64,000 nt of DNA from Callorhinchus milii (GCF_018977255.1 NW_024704742.1:64172001-64236000); one strand, 5' to 3'. Shown: positions 37,910 through 50,190, counted from the stretch's first letter. Program-made: numbers and translations. The notes: generated from the sequence alone by a model not told the origin.

Positions 37910-38714
37910 TAATAATAACACTCCTTGCATTTGAATATAGCGCCTTAACACATGATTGAGACATCTCAAAGCGCTTTACAGGATATAATGGAAAGTGCTG
38001 TGACTGTGTGTATTTTGCTTCCAAAAACAGTAGCTAGTTGTACACAGCAATGTCCCACAAACAGCCATGGTAGAGTTCCGCAGCTTAGTGGTTAGTAAAC
38101 AAGAGGACCTGGGTTTGATTCCGGGGCAGGGCAAAACCTTAGGCAAGTTTCCTACTCCACACGCCTCTGTTTACCTAGCAGTAAGTAGGAACCCGGTTGT
38201 TAGCCGATTAGTGGATTACTTTTCTGATGGTAATAAACCCTTCAAAAAAAAATAAAAAAACATTTGGTCACTCAATCTACAACTGTTTGTGGGACAGTGC
38301 TGTGCACAATTCACTGCCTCATTTCACACACAAAATATAATCAATTCACTTTACAGTACATTCTGTGAAGTGCTTTGAGACGTCTTGAAGATATGATAAG
38401 GTGCTATATCAAATGCAAGGATTATTGTTATTATTATGAGTAACTGATTTTATTTGGGGGAGTGTTGGCTACGACATCAGGAGAAACTCCCTTCTCTTTT
38501 TAAATAGTGCTATCGGGTCTTTAACATCCATCTGGACAGGCAAACGGGACCTCAGTTTAACATCTCATCCGAAGAATGGCATCTCTGAAAATGCCCCCCA
38601 CCCCCAGCACTGTATTGGAATGCGAACAGGAAGGATTCCAAGCCTGATAGCAAGCTTGAACCCACAACCTTCTGACTCAAAGGCAGGTGTGCTACCCACT
38701 GAGCCTGGCTGACA
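37910..38714 (-). mobile_element. SINE family B split by an antisense family A insertion
   Basis: Tail and Deu part at 37910-38068; the remainder resumes at ~38437 and runs to the head (cccactgagcctggctgaca). Confidence 0.82.
38073..38436 (+). mobile_element. SINE family A, long subtype
   Basis: Head, accttaggcaagtttcctactccacacgcctctgtttacctagcagtaagtaggaacccggttgttag (CORE-like box), Deu segment, tail. Confidence 0.9.
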
Positions 38715-39423
38715 TGCATCTCTTTGACCGAGCTCTCAGCTGCCTACACCCAATGCCTCGTATTTCCCTCCCAGCTCGCACTCAATATCTGTAAAGTGTT
38801 TTGAGATGTTCTCCCGGTATGAAAGGCATAAATGCAAATTGTTATTTTTCAAGCTGGAACAACCAATGCCCCAGCAAGCCTCTCATTGAAATTATTGTGT
38901 CAGTCGTTTCCACCTCCACCACAGCCACAGGCCAATCAATAATAAACACATCAACTCTCTGGTAATTTGGGACTAAGTGCTTTGAGTTTGAATGTGTGAA
39001 TTTAAGCACTTTAAGACATCCTTCCGAAGTGAAAGGTGTTATATAAATGTCAATTGGATTGTATTGTATTCTTTATGCGGCGTTAATTAATGCACCACAT
39101 GTCCAATTTCTCCATTATCTCGATCTGCAGTTATTCTTCTCACCCACGGTATTGGCTTCATTCGTGATAGTGTTCATCAGCACTGAATGAATTGCTTTGG
39201 CAAAGTCTGTTCTTCATGCCTGAAACACCGGAGAAAAATCCTTCTAAACTCAAGATTTGCTTAATAATCTCAATTTTTTTTCTTACTTTCTACTATTTTT
39301 ACACTGAACCGAGGCTAGCACATGGTTATCTTCGCTGCTGTGTTGATGAAACTGTCACTTACTTAAGCATTTTGAGACGCTATCAGCATGAAGGTGGCGA
39401 TATAAGTGTAAGTTTACTGTAGA

Positions 39424-39725
39424 GGAGTCCTGTAGCTTAATGGTTAGTGGCTTGTCTTGCAAGCGAGAGGACCTGGATTCCATTCCCAGGTGGGACAAAA
39501 GCTTAGGCAAATTTCTTTACTCCACACACCTTTGTTTACCTAGCAGTAAAAATAATTTGGTCACTCAATCCACGACAGTTTATGAGACATTGCTGTGTGG
39601 AATTTCGCATTTCGCCAACACAATATACAGTCAATTCACTTTACAATATATTCTGTGAAGCGTTTTGAAACATCACAACATGATAAGAAGCTATATCAAA
39701 TGCAAGGACTATCAATATTATTATT
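39424..39725 (+). mobile_element. SINE family A with an intermediate internal deletion
   Basis: ggagtcctgtagcttaatggttag head; jumps from ctagcagtaaa to aataatttggtcactc. Confidence 0.85.
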
Positions 39726-39744
39726 CTAAGCTGCTGTTACTTAT

Positions 39745-40322
39745 GCTATCACCAGCATAAGTAATGTTGAACTTTATAGGACCTTCGTTTGACCATATTT
39801 GGAGTACTATGTCCAATTCTGGTTGCCACACTACATGAAGAATATAGCAGCGATGAAGAGAGTACAGCATCAGTTTATGAGAATGGTACCAGGACTGGCA
39901 AGTTATTGCTATCAGGATAGATTGGATAAGTTACACCCTTTCTCACGAGAGAACATACATTTAAGAGGGAACTAATAGAGGTGTTTGAAATTATAAAAGA
40001 TTTTGATAAAGTTATTATAAATAGGCAGTTACCACTTGTTAGAAGAGTCCATAACCAGGGATACAAGTAGAAGACCAGGGAACTAAAAGAGAATTTGGCA
40101 TGAACTACTTCACACATAGGATAGTGAGATTGTGGAACTCACTGCCTAAAGCAGTGATTGAAGCAGATAGTGCAGATGCTTTTAAGAGAAAGCTTGATAT
40201 ACACATGAGGGAGAATGGAATAGAAGGGTATCAGAGAAACTAAAGAGAATTGTGTGAAGTATAAACACCTGGCATGGACTAGTTGGGCCAAATGGCATGT
40301 TTCTGTGCTATACCAATTCTGA
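39745..40322 (+). mobile_element. Old CR1 3' fragment
   Basis: ttggagtactatgtccaattctgg (LEYCVQFW region), ttaagaggggaactaatagaggtgtttgaa and 3' UTR tgggccaaatggcatgtttctgtgcta. Confidence 0.8.
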
Positions 40323-40474
40323 ATTACAACATTGTGAGTACTACAATGACTGTAATCATGTCCCTCTTCTGCCTCTCCCCTGATCAGCATCCAACCCTGT
40401 TTTTGTAAAGCCCTTGAAGCACTTATCCTGCTTGAAAGGGCACTCTATAATTGCAAGTTGTTTTTTTGTTCTAG

Positions 40475-40800
40475 CCCCATGCCAAGACTTTGAACTCATC
40501 GACGAGGCTAACACTCCAATGCAGCGCTAGGGAACATTGCGTTGTCAGAGGTACCATCTTCAAAAGAGAAATTAAACCATCTCATCTGTCTGTTCAGTTG
40601 GACATTAAAGATTCCACGGCACCATTCCAAAAGAGAAGGGAGTTTTCTCAGTGTCCTGGTCAACAACCCCCAGAGACAAAAAAACATTAACTTCTTAGTT
40701 TTTTTGCAGAATACTACTGTGGACAAATTGGCTGTGGTGTTTGTTTACAAACTGCAAAGTGCTTTGGGACTTTTTGAAGTGATACAAATGCAAGGATTAT
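40475..40800 (+). mobile_element. SINE family B, head-truncated
   Basis: cactccaatgcagcgctaggg...gacattaaagattccacggcaccattccaaaagagaaggggagtt...tail. Confidence 0.75.
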
Positions 40801-40877
40801 TTTAAAGTAAATATAAATGACAGTTTTCATGATAAGCAGTTTCAGCAAGGCTAAAAAAAAATGGATCCAAATTACAA

Positions 40878-41192
40878 ACAAAATTACATTAGTATTGTGC
40901 CTTTATGTCGAGAGGATGTCCCAAGGCACTAGACAATCAGTGTTTCAGACCTGACCTAGGGATCGGAGAGAGTGGAGGGTAGGGGGGGGAAGGAGGGTGA
41001 CCGAAAGCACAGTCAAAGAGGTGGCTGGAGGCCTGCCCGCTAATGGTGGGGCATGTGAGGCGGGGGACATGAAGCAGGCCAGAGCCCACTGAGCAGAGGG
41101 AGCGGGCAGTTTGGTAGGGGATTAGGAGGTCACAGAGCAAGGCCATGGAAGGCTTTGAAAGTGAGGACCAGGATCTTGAACTGTATCCTCTG
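40878..41192 (-). mobile_element. L2 3' fragment with internal deletion
   Basis: Matches 33802-34225 with a gap. Confidence 0.85.
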
Positions 41193-43771
41193 AATTACCA
41201 CACTATCCCAGCCAGATGTATTATAGTAATTGTTAATACGAGCAATGACTAATATCTCCAAGCAGAATGAGGCCCAAAGTTTCTCATGGTCTTAGCATTA
41301 AGATCATTGCCAAGTGATATAAGATTTTGGAATATCCTTAAATTCAAACTTAATATTGAAGGCGTTTTTCTGCGGTTTGAAAAGAGAATTACAGGATTGC
41401 AGGAAGAAAATTTCATGATTTAAGAATTTTCCAAAATTGTGCAGAAATCATTCATTTTAAGACACTGGTTCTAAGGCTAAGACGAGGAGAAATTTTTACT
41501 ACAGCATCAACTACATGAGGCAAACCTGGTAGAATGTTTACCCAATTGAGATCAGTTTTCGTAAGAGGAAACACATGAGGGAGAAAGGAATACAGGAATA
41601 CATGAGAGGGGACTAGGCGGCCATGGAGACTTGTGTAAGGGATAAACAACAACAACAATCCTTGCATTTAATATAGCACTTTATCACGTCGTCAAGACAT
41701 CTCAAAGCTCTTCACCGGATATACTGTAAAGTGGTTTTGAGAGTGTGTTTTGTGGGTGAAGAGGCAGCCAGTTTCCGCACAACAGTGTCTCACAAACAAC
41801 CACAACGTGAATGACCAGTTTTTTATTTGGAGGATTTGTTGGTCAGGACATCAAGAGAAACTCTCATCTCTTTTCGAATAGCATCATGGGATCTTTAACA
41901 TCCACCTGTACAGGGAGAAGGGACCTCTGGCACAGACTAATTGGGAGGAATGATCTGTTTCCGTTAAAGTTCTATGTAATTCTTACTCAATGGCAGATTG
42001 TTTCCCCACTTGCGTCGTCTTCATACAGAACTCCAGATACAAGGCACAAGGCAAGGACCCTCCAAAGTTACATGAAGATCCAAATATAGTTATCGGAACT
42101 GGCCGCCGTTGATTTATTTACATGTCGCAAGATGTCATTGTTGATTCCATATGACACAAAGGACAGAGGATTAAAATTTCACAAGTTAACACATTGAAAA
42201 GGTCAAGCCATATTATTCTTAAGCAATAGAAAGATGCATCGTTTGTCATTCGAGCAACATGTAAATGTGAAGCTTATGCACCATAGTGACAGCTTAATAA
42301 GATGTAGCTGTAATTACAATGTCCGCAATGACTGATGATAATGGAAATTATTCAAGGATCATTAATCTGTCAGCACTGAAAGTATTTCATTCACTATCTG
42401 CTTCATAGAGCTCAAATTTGCAAGAAATCAAAAAAAAGATTCAATTGTATCAGAGCCAGTAACGTAGAAAAACTATAAAAAGCACAATGTGTTATTTCAT
42501 TGAGTAATCCAAATTAATAAAAATATTATTCTTTCAAATAATATCAATTAATATCAATCACTGATTGTCTAAAGCAAGCATTGGCTTTGTACTAAAAAAA
42601 GGGCAGTGAATATTTCCCTTTTTCCTGACAGTAGATTGGAACATTATACAACTGACCCTGGAGACTTTCCTAACAAGAACCTATAGATTTTCAAAGTGTG
42701 AAGGTTTTTTTTGTTTTTGCATTTGTTTTAATTTACTGCAGTCTTTAAACCTGGAAATTGAAACTCATCAGCTTTTAATGAGGAAATCTAAGCATGAAGG
42801 CAATATGTTATAAAACTCCTCCGCTTCCCCTCTTACATTGACATCATTGAAGGGCTTCTAATTTATGTGTTTGTGCCACAATGGATACCATTACCTTACC
42901 AGTCATTCGTCTCCTCACCTGCTTTCTTCAGGAATGTAAAGTATAATAATAATATAATAATAATAATAATCCTTGTATGTGATACACCGCCTTATCACGC
43001 AGTTGAGACAGAATATATTGTAAGGTGAATTGACTGTATATTTTGTGGGCAAAACATGCAGCCCAATTGCATCAGTGTTCCATAAACAGTCGTGGATTGT
43101 GTGGAAAACAAGTAGTGTGGAAGGGTAGCCACCCTCCAAACAATATTGTATCGAACAGATTATTTTTTGTTTTGGTCAGCCAGACACATGTGGAAAACAA
43201 TCACCACGTTTCAAAGTATCCAAACCAGACTCAAGAGTTCCATGTGCACCAAATATGGAGATTTCCTTGTCTCTGGAATGGAATACATTCTCTCTCCCGG
43301 GAGGGACTCATTGCTGGAGCTGCATTGTTGAAGATCCCATGACATGATTGGAAAACAGAAAGGAGTTTCTCTCAGTGCTTTGACCAACAATCCCCCATAT
43401 AAAACTAATCATTCATTTCACGACTGTTTGTGAGATACTGCTGTGTGTGAATTGGCTGCCGTGTTCACCTACACAGTCATTACACAGTCATTACACTCCG
43501 TAGCAAATCCTGTGAAGTGCTTTAAGACGTTCTCCTGGCATGAAAGACACTATATCAAAAGCTCAAAGCACTTCACAGAATATACTGTAAAGTGGATTGA
43601 CTATATTTTAGGGGCAAAACTTATTTTAGGGGCAAAACATATTACACTGGACTGCCAGTTTTATCCTCGATAAAACATATAATTGGTCATTCACTTCATG
43701 GCTGATTGTGGGATATTGCCGTGTACAAATTAGTTGCCTCGTTCGCTTACAAAATATAGTCACTGCACTTT

Positions 43772-43857
43772 ACAGTAAATTCTGTGAAGAGCTTTGAGAT
43801 GTCCTCCCAACATGAAAGTTGGGAGGACATCTCAAAGCTCTTCACAGAATTTACTGT
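43772..43857. repeat. Perfect inverted repeat, 40-bp arms and 6-nt spacer, inside a SINE tail
   Basis: acagtaaattctgtgaagagctttgagatgtcctcccaac (43772-43811), atgaaa, then its exact reverse complement (43818-43857). Confidence 0.97.
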
Positions 43858-44218
43858 GCAGAATTTGCACAACAAATACAAGGATTATTATTAATTATTT
43901 ATCAAGCATCATATTGTCTCATCACAATTAAACTTGTTTTAGGAAGTTTCTCAGAACTGGGGTTACGTTTCCATTTCACAGGGAAGAGACTAAAGTTGAG
44001 AAATGTAATTTACGTCAGCTTTGGGAGAACTGAGGCTTTATCTGTCCTGAGCAGGAAAAGCCCTGTTGAAATGTCTCTCAAAAAGTAAAATCCAGACAAT
44101 AATATAACAATCTGATTGTGAAGCTAATACTATCTGTTCCTATGTGAATACAGGGCTTCACTTCAAACTTTTCAATGATTCAGTATGAGTATTAAAAATC
44201 TTCATTGGCAAAAAAAAC

Positions 44219-44610
44219 TGTGTGCTATAGAGAGCTGGCCCCTCACACCAGCTGTTACCAGCCACAGACAGGTAGTGCACTGATGCACTGCTCTGTGGAC
44301 ACATGGAGCAGAATCTCAAGAGATATTCAGGTGTAGATAATTGTATGAAGATCCCATCAGATCCCAAAGCACGAGCAGAGCTTGAAGCATGTATTAGCAA
44401 ATTAGCAAATTAGCAAGCAGCTCCAAGGAAATCCCTTTAAAAAAAGGAGGAAATCTTGAGTGTGGGACAAAAGGAGATAGAGAAAGAATGTGAAGTGTCT
44501 GCCATACGGTTTTAGGTGGCTTTGGATTTAAAGGAGCAATGCCACATACTTTTTGTTTTGCTTTTTTCCGCTCTTATAAAGTATGTGGATTCCTCCCACC
44601 TTCTCAGAAG
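44219..44610 (+). repeat. Copy 2 of the ~385-bp dispersed direct duplication
   Basis: Co-linear with 16212-16590; carries an extra attagcaa unit. Confidence 0.95.
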
Positions 44611-45216
44611 TAATAATAAGAATAATAATCCTTGCATTTGATATAGTGCCTTATCATGTCGTTGAGACGTCTCAAAGCACTTCACAGAATCAACAAACAA
44701 AATTACATCTATAGAGTGCCTTTCATGTCAGGAGGACATCCCAAGGTGCTGGACAGTCAGGGGTCAGGACCCAAGCATGGAGAGGGGTGGGGTAGGGGTG
44801 AGGGAAGGCAGAGAGGTGGGAGGGCGACTGAAGGTACGATCGAAGAGGAGGGTCTTGAGACTGACCTTGAAGGAGGCAAGGGAGGAAGTGAGGCGAAGGA
44901 ACTGTGGGATGGAGTTCCAGAGTGTGGTGGCAGAGAGGCTGAAAGCTTGGCCACCAATGGTAGGGCGGGTCATGCGGGAGACATGGAGCAGGCCGGAATA
45001 TACTGTATAGTGAATTAACGGTGTATTTTGTGGGCGAAACGCAGCAGCCAATTGTGCACAGCAGTGTCCCACAAACAGTCGTGGATTGAAGTGACCAAAT
45101 ATTTTGTGGGGAGCGGTGGATTATTATCCCTGAAAAGTGATCTGCTAATCGACTAACAAACGAGTTCCTACTTCCTGCTAGGTAAATAGACGCTTGTAGA
45201 GTAAGCAAACTTGCCC
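44611..45216 (-). mobile_element. SINE family A (long) interrupted by an L2 3' fragment at 44692-44996
   Basis: The SINE breaks after ttcacagaat and resumes at gaatatactgt; the intervening 305 bp match the L2 3' end; gaat is present on both sides. Confidence 0.88.
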
Positions 45217-45934
45217 CGCCAGGGAAAGTTTCCACTGTGCAGCCAGCCCGAGTCTCACCATAAGCTTCTTGGCCTTGATGAGCTGACAAGAGGGAAACAA
45301 GCTGCTCGCCAGCTTGCGAAGGGTATCAGTTTTTGTGGGTCAATGGAAGGGGAATGTGTGCAGTGAAAGATTAAACCATTCAAAATTACTGTGAAAGGTG
45401 TATACTTTGAGCATTTTGTAAACGCTTTATAAGCTCTCCAGAGCTTTGAGACGTCCTCCCAATGTGATAGGCACTAAACAAGAGTGTAAATGTTACTGTA
45501 CTGTATCATAATCTTCAATGTAGCACTAATTCCCATCAACTCCCCCCAGATAATATAAAGGAAGAAAATGTACGACACAAAAATAGAAATAGGAAATGAA
45601 AGAGATTCAAAGTCTACAGTCTGAGACAGTCTCTGACAGTCTGAGATCCAAATGAAGGAAAAAGATAACAATAACAACAGATAACAACAACAATAATACC
45701 ACTAATAATAATACTTACATTTGATATAGCATATTACTGCATCATCAAGATGGGGAAATAAGTGTGTTTATTCAAAGTGGTGTAACAAGGTTCCACGGGT
45801 CCCTGGTGCAAGAATAGATTCCCAATTACGAGATCTAAAATTTTGCTTCCTGTACCAGCTCACTTCAAGTCCAGGAGATTAACTGTTTCTGAAATGGCAC
45901 AAATGTTTTTGGGGGCACTGAGTTATCTTTCAAC

Positions 45935-46155
45935 CACTATGCCTCGAAACTCTGGAACACTCTCCCTCAATTCCTCAGCCTTGCACACTCCTTCCATATC
46001 TTCAGGTCGTACCTGAAGACCTTTTTCTTGTACTGTGCTTATGTTCACCTCCCGCCTCCCTCGGGCTCAGTGGCATGCTCCATCACTGTCAAATGCTCTG
46101 GGACATTACCCTGCATGAGGAGGGCTATATAAATGCAAGTTGTTGTTGCTGTTGT
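45935..46155 (+). mobile_element. Older L2 subfamily 3' end
   Basis: aaactctggaacactctccctcaat...gctatataaatgcaagt(tgt)n; similar to 61100-61442 and, reversed, to 48408-48640. Confidence 0.75.
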
Positions 46156-48407
46156 GTTTCCTCCCCATAACATTCCATCGCCAATGGGTTGGCCCCCATA
46201 ACCTCGTGCACCATTGTAAGTCACGCCGCCAATATTCAATCATTGATCAAACCGTCCTCAAATAAATAACAAGCCACACCAAAACAATCTATAGACCACC
46301 TCCACCATGCCTTTATATCAGCCCTGCATATGGCATTTCCCCTCACAAACCCTGCACTGAGGCCAGTTCGCTCTTAAATACACTGTTGCCTTCGATTACT
46401 TCATTAGCCCAGGTAAAAGATTTATTTAATTAACTGGACTGCTTCCCCTCTACAACAAAGTGCAGCAGACCAGTGCTTCTTCACACGTCACCTCAGGGAA
46501 CCCTTGTATATCATCTTGACCTGAGTGACCTCAGCTGTGACTCAAGATTGCCTTGAACTCCCTGACATACATGGGATTCCCTGGAGGCGATTGATTGCAT
46601 TCCCCAAAGGGCTTTTTCAGGAGCAATGTTGAAATATACTGACTATCACCTCGGGATACATTGGTATATGATAGCAGCAATCGAATGTTCCAGAAGAATT
46701 AGGGGTTAAAAGTAGTTTTGCTGGACGGGCTGAGGTTAGCTTCTGATTACATTTCATATTTTCCTGGGAAGATGTTCTCTCCTCTGAGATACTGAGCAAT
46801 CGAGTCCTTGAGCATAGATGTAAGAACAAGCGATCACAGAAAGAAAAGGCTGCAGCCTCAGATACCTGTCTATCTATCTATCTCAAGGCTGGGAAACAAG
46901 CAGGCTGTGGAAGGCTACACAGAAGTTGTCCTTATCTCTCTCTGTGCAAAGCAGCCTGTGCAGGGTGGGGACTACCAATGTGACAAGCGGAGGTGGAGTT
47001 AGAAACACATAAAAGAAAGATGTAATTTTTAAATAGTTGGAGTTGTGTAGAGGGTCAGCACACTTCCCATTGGAATCAATATCGATTCTACTGTATCTAT
47101 GTATATGTACAGTGGTGAGTGAATTTACCTCCAGTAAGAAAGTGACCATTAAAAGTGAAAGAGGAGGAGTAGTGGGTAATATGTTTTCGGTTCTGTTTGC
47201 TAGGCAGAGAAGTAATAGCAGTAGTAGTGGTTGGTCTGTTTGAAATGCAGACGTCAGGTTAGGCAGCACAAGTGAGGTGGTGAGCTGAGAGCTGATTGCT
47301 TCTGTTGAGTTTACAGGAGCCACTCTCTGTGATTCGAGTGATAGTTCTGTAATTAAGTATTGTTTTTATAGGATTGGCTGTGTCCGAGGGTTTACTAGGC
47401 ACCAGTCCCTATTAAATTTTGCATTACACTCTGAGATGCCGTCCGGCATGGAGGGCGCTATATAAATCCAAGTTGTTGTTGTATTACAGAATCAGTTGTA
47501 TCTGAGGGATCTCTGCTGTGTATGTTGAGGTGCATTCTCAAGCTTATTGTTTTGTCTGGCGTACTGAGCAATTCTTGAGTGCATGCTGTTGTTTCTCTAT
47601 TATTTGATTTGTAGATCTGCGTCGTTGTATATTGCGGACTAGTGTGTTGTTATATGGTCGTATGGTTTGAATGTAGATTGTTGAACTTTACCGTTTGTCA
47701 TATATATAGTTGACATTAGTGGAATAAACACTATACTGTTACCACCACCTGTCGAATTATTAACAACAAGAAGCCAGAGATGTAGAATTGGAGTAAATAA
47801 GTAAATAGCTCCAGTGGGGGAGCTAACACAGGACCTGAAGCAAGGAAATGAATTGCATTTCTCCATGCTGAAAGCGCGTTCTATCATTAATCTGAAGAGT
47901 TCCTGTGCCAAGTCTCTGTCAGTGTTTTATTGGGAACCAGGATACATCATGAAACTTCTTTAAAGCAATTTCATCTCAGTTATTATTGCCTGTAGATTTA
48001 CTGTCTGTTATTATAAGGTTTGCATAAACAATCATAGCAATATTAATGACTGCTGTTCTTCTGTAACAATGCCTTGGGACGTCCTCCCAACGTGAAAGGC
48101 GCTATACAAATGTAATTTTGTTGTTGTTGCATCTGGACTGTTTTCAATGATTCCTTCTCGTTGTCAATCTGGTCAGGAATCGCCCGTGTCTCTCTTATAT
48201 TCCACTCTGCCAATCATTCACAATCATTTGCTGCTATTGCTCGCCACTGTGACCTCCTTTACTCTCTGTTCACTGAGACATTATTAAAGAAAACAAACTC
48301 ACACATCAGCAAACAAACAGCTAACAACACTTGCCAAGAACCAGAGCGTGCACAGCACTGGGAAACAAATACTGAAGACTAGATTACAGGAACAGATATC
48401 ACTGGCC

Positions 48408-49040
48408 AACAACAACAACAACAACTTGTGTTTGTATCGCTCCCCTCACGCAGGGTAGCATATCAGAACACTCGACAGTTGTGGAGCTTGACTCTGAGTC
48501 ACGGTGTGAGGGGTAGGTGATCGTAAGCACGATTGAAGACCAAGGTCTTCAAGTCCGACCTGAAGCTGGGGAAGGAGGGGGGAAAGGCAGAGGGATTGAG
48601 CGAGAGCGTTCCAGAGTTTCGGGGCATAGTGGCCAAAGCCCTATGGTGGAACCGTGGACACAACAGTTATGCAGAAGGCCAGATCCCATAAAACAGAGGT
48701 GACAGGAAGTGGATTGGGAAGTAAGCAGGTCGGAGAAGTAGGGAGGTGCCAGGGCTTGAAGGGATTTGAAGACGAGTGCAAGGATCTTGAAATCGATCCC
48801 CTCAGTGACAGGAAGCCAGTGGAGCCTGGCGAGAACTGGTCTGATGGGGTACAGAGTTTAGTGTGGGTATGTCTGTGGGTGGAGGATTTCTGGATTAACT
48901 GAATTTTGTGTATGATGGAGCTGGGTAGACCAGTGAGGAGGGCATTGGAGTAATCAAGGCCGGAGGTGATGAATTCATGGATGAGGGTTTTGGCTGTGTT
49001 TGCGGTAAGGTACAATGGAAGCGGGTAATATGTCAGAGAT
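48408..49040 (-). mobile_element. Older L2 subfamily 3' part
   Basis: Minus ORF contains AKTLIHEFITSGLDYSNALLTGLP; (aac)n tail at the left end. Confidence 0.88.
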
Positions 49041-49240
49041 GGATGTCTCTCACTGGACAACAACAACAATGTCAAATGACACTTGTATAGCACCCTTCAT
49101 GTTGGAAAGATGTCCCAGGATGCTGGACAATCAGGGATTTTGGATCCGAGCTGGGAGTTGGGGTCAGAAGGAGAGGAGGGTAGTGGGAGGGTGGCTGAAG
49201 ACACGATCAAAGAGGGAGGGTTTCAGACAGGACAGCTAGT

Positions 49241-49353
49241 ACTGGACGGATATCAGTGGAGGGTTATCACTGGAGAGTTATCACTGAATGGTTGTCATTG
49301 ACTATCACTGATCGTTTATCACTGTAAGTTTATTACTGAACTGTTATCAATGA
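49241..49353. repeat. Minisatellite, about 8 x 14-bp diverged units (ACTG-N5-TTATC)
   Basis: actggacggatatc / agtggagggttatc / actggagagttatc / actgaatggttgtc / shortened unit / actgatcgtttatc / actgtaagtttatt / actgaactgttatc. Confidence 0.8.
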
Positions 49354-50176
49354 AATTAAAGGAAAAGGCATAGTGAGAAATGCCAATCTAAGTTCGTTGA
49401 AACCAAAAGAAAATTATTCAAACCTTCCCCATTGGTTTGGAAACAGACAATGGTCACAATCAAGATGTCATCAAATGAATAAATAAAATCTGTCCATCCA
49501 CTGGATCTCATCTGTCCTTTCCATTACAGCATCCAGCTGTTTTTTTTAAGCATTCCAAGATAGTACCAAGTGTTTCAAAACACTACCCTGCATGAAGAGC
49601 TTTATATAAATGCAAGTTCTCTTCTTGTTTTAAAGGAGTCCTCATTGTCCTGGCCTCTTACCACCATTTCTGGTAACCCATTCCAGCTGTTCATTACCCT
49701 AAGTGTGAAGAAATCCTTCCTAGTGTATGCCCGGATGTGTCGTGGTCGTGTGCCCTTTAGACTTGTGGACCTTTTCCTTTCACACAATCCACCTATTCTA
49801 TTAACCCAGAATTGGTAATGCTGATCCCAATTTATGCTGCCAGTTAATGACATAAAGAGAATGAACAGATGTGGGTTAATTAAGCAGATGGACTTCATTG
49901 TCAATAAATCCAAAGCAACATCGTAGAGAAAAAAAAGTAAAGCTGCACAAAACGAAAGGATATGCATTAGCAGCTGGAGCTGGAGAAGATAAATGAATTT
50001 CAGGGGATTACTCAGCGTTTCCTGGAAGTTTTCAGAGAATGTGAAACTGATGTCAATAAATTGAACCAAATGCTGGGTTTGCAGCTCAAAGGCATTGACT
50101 GCAGTTGAAAGAAAGAGTTTTAACCTTGTGTAGGTCACCGGCAGAAAACATTTCATTCCCCTATGGTGAAAATATT

Positions 50177-50190
50177 ATGACTCAGCAAAA
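50177..50190 (+). promoter_or_regulatory. ARE/MARE-type (CNC-sMaf, AP-1-containing) motif
   Basis: ATGACTCAGCAAAA fits RTGACTCAGCA plus an AT-rich flank, in non-repeat sequence. Motif match only. Confidence 0.4.

Noticed and set aside
39138..39240. 76-nt minus-strand segment with a good acceptor and a GTGAGA donor
   Set aside because: Stop codons in all three frames; a non-coding exon cannot be supported from sequence alone.
16212..44610. The two ~385-bp direct copies as LTRs of one retroelement
   Set aside because: No TG...CA termini pair, primer-binding site, target duplication or gag/pol sequence between them.
49602..50156. 184-aa minus-strand ORF
   Set aside because: Its C-terminal part is a CR1 remnant (FFTLRVMNSWNGLP) and the rest has no recognisable features; probably a chance read-through.
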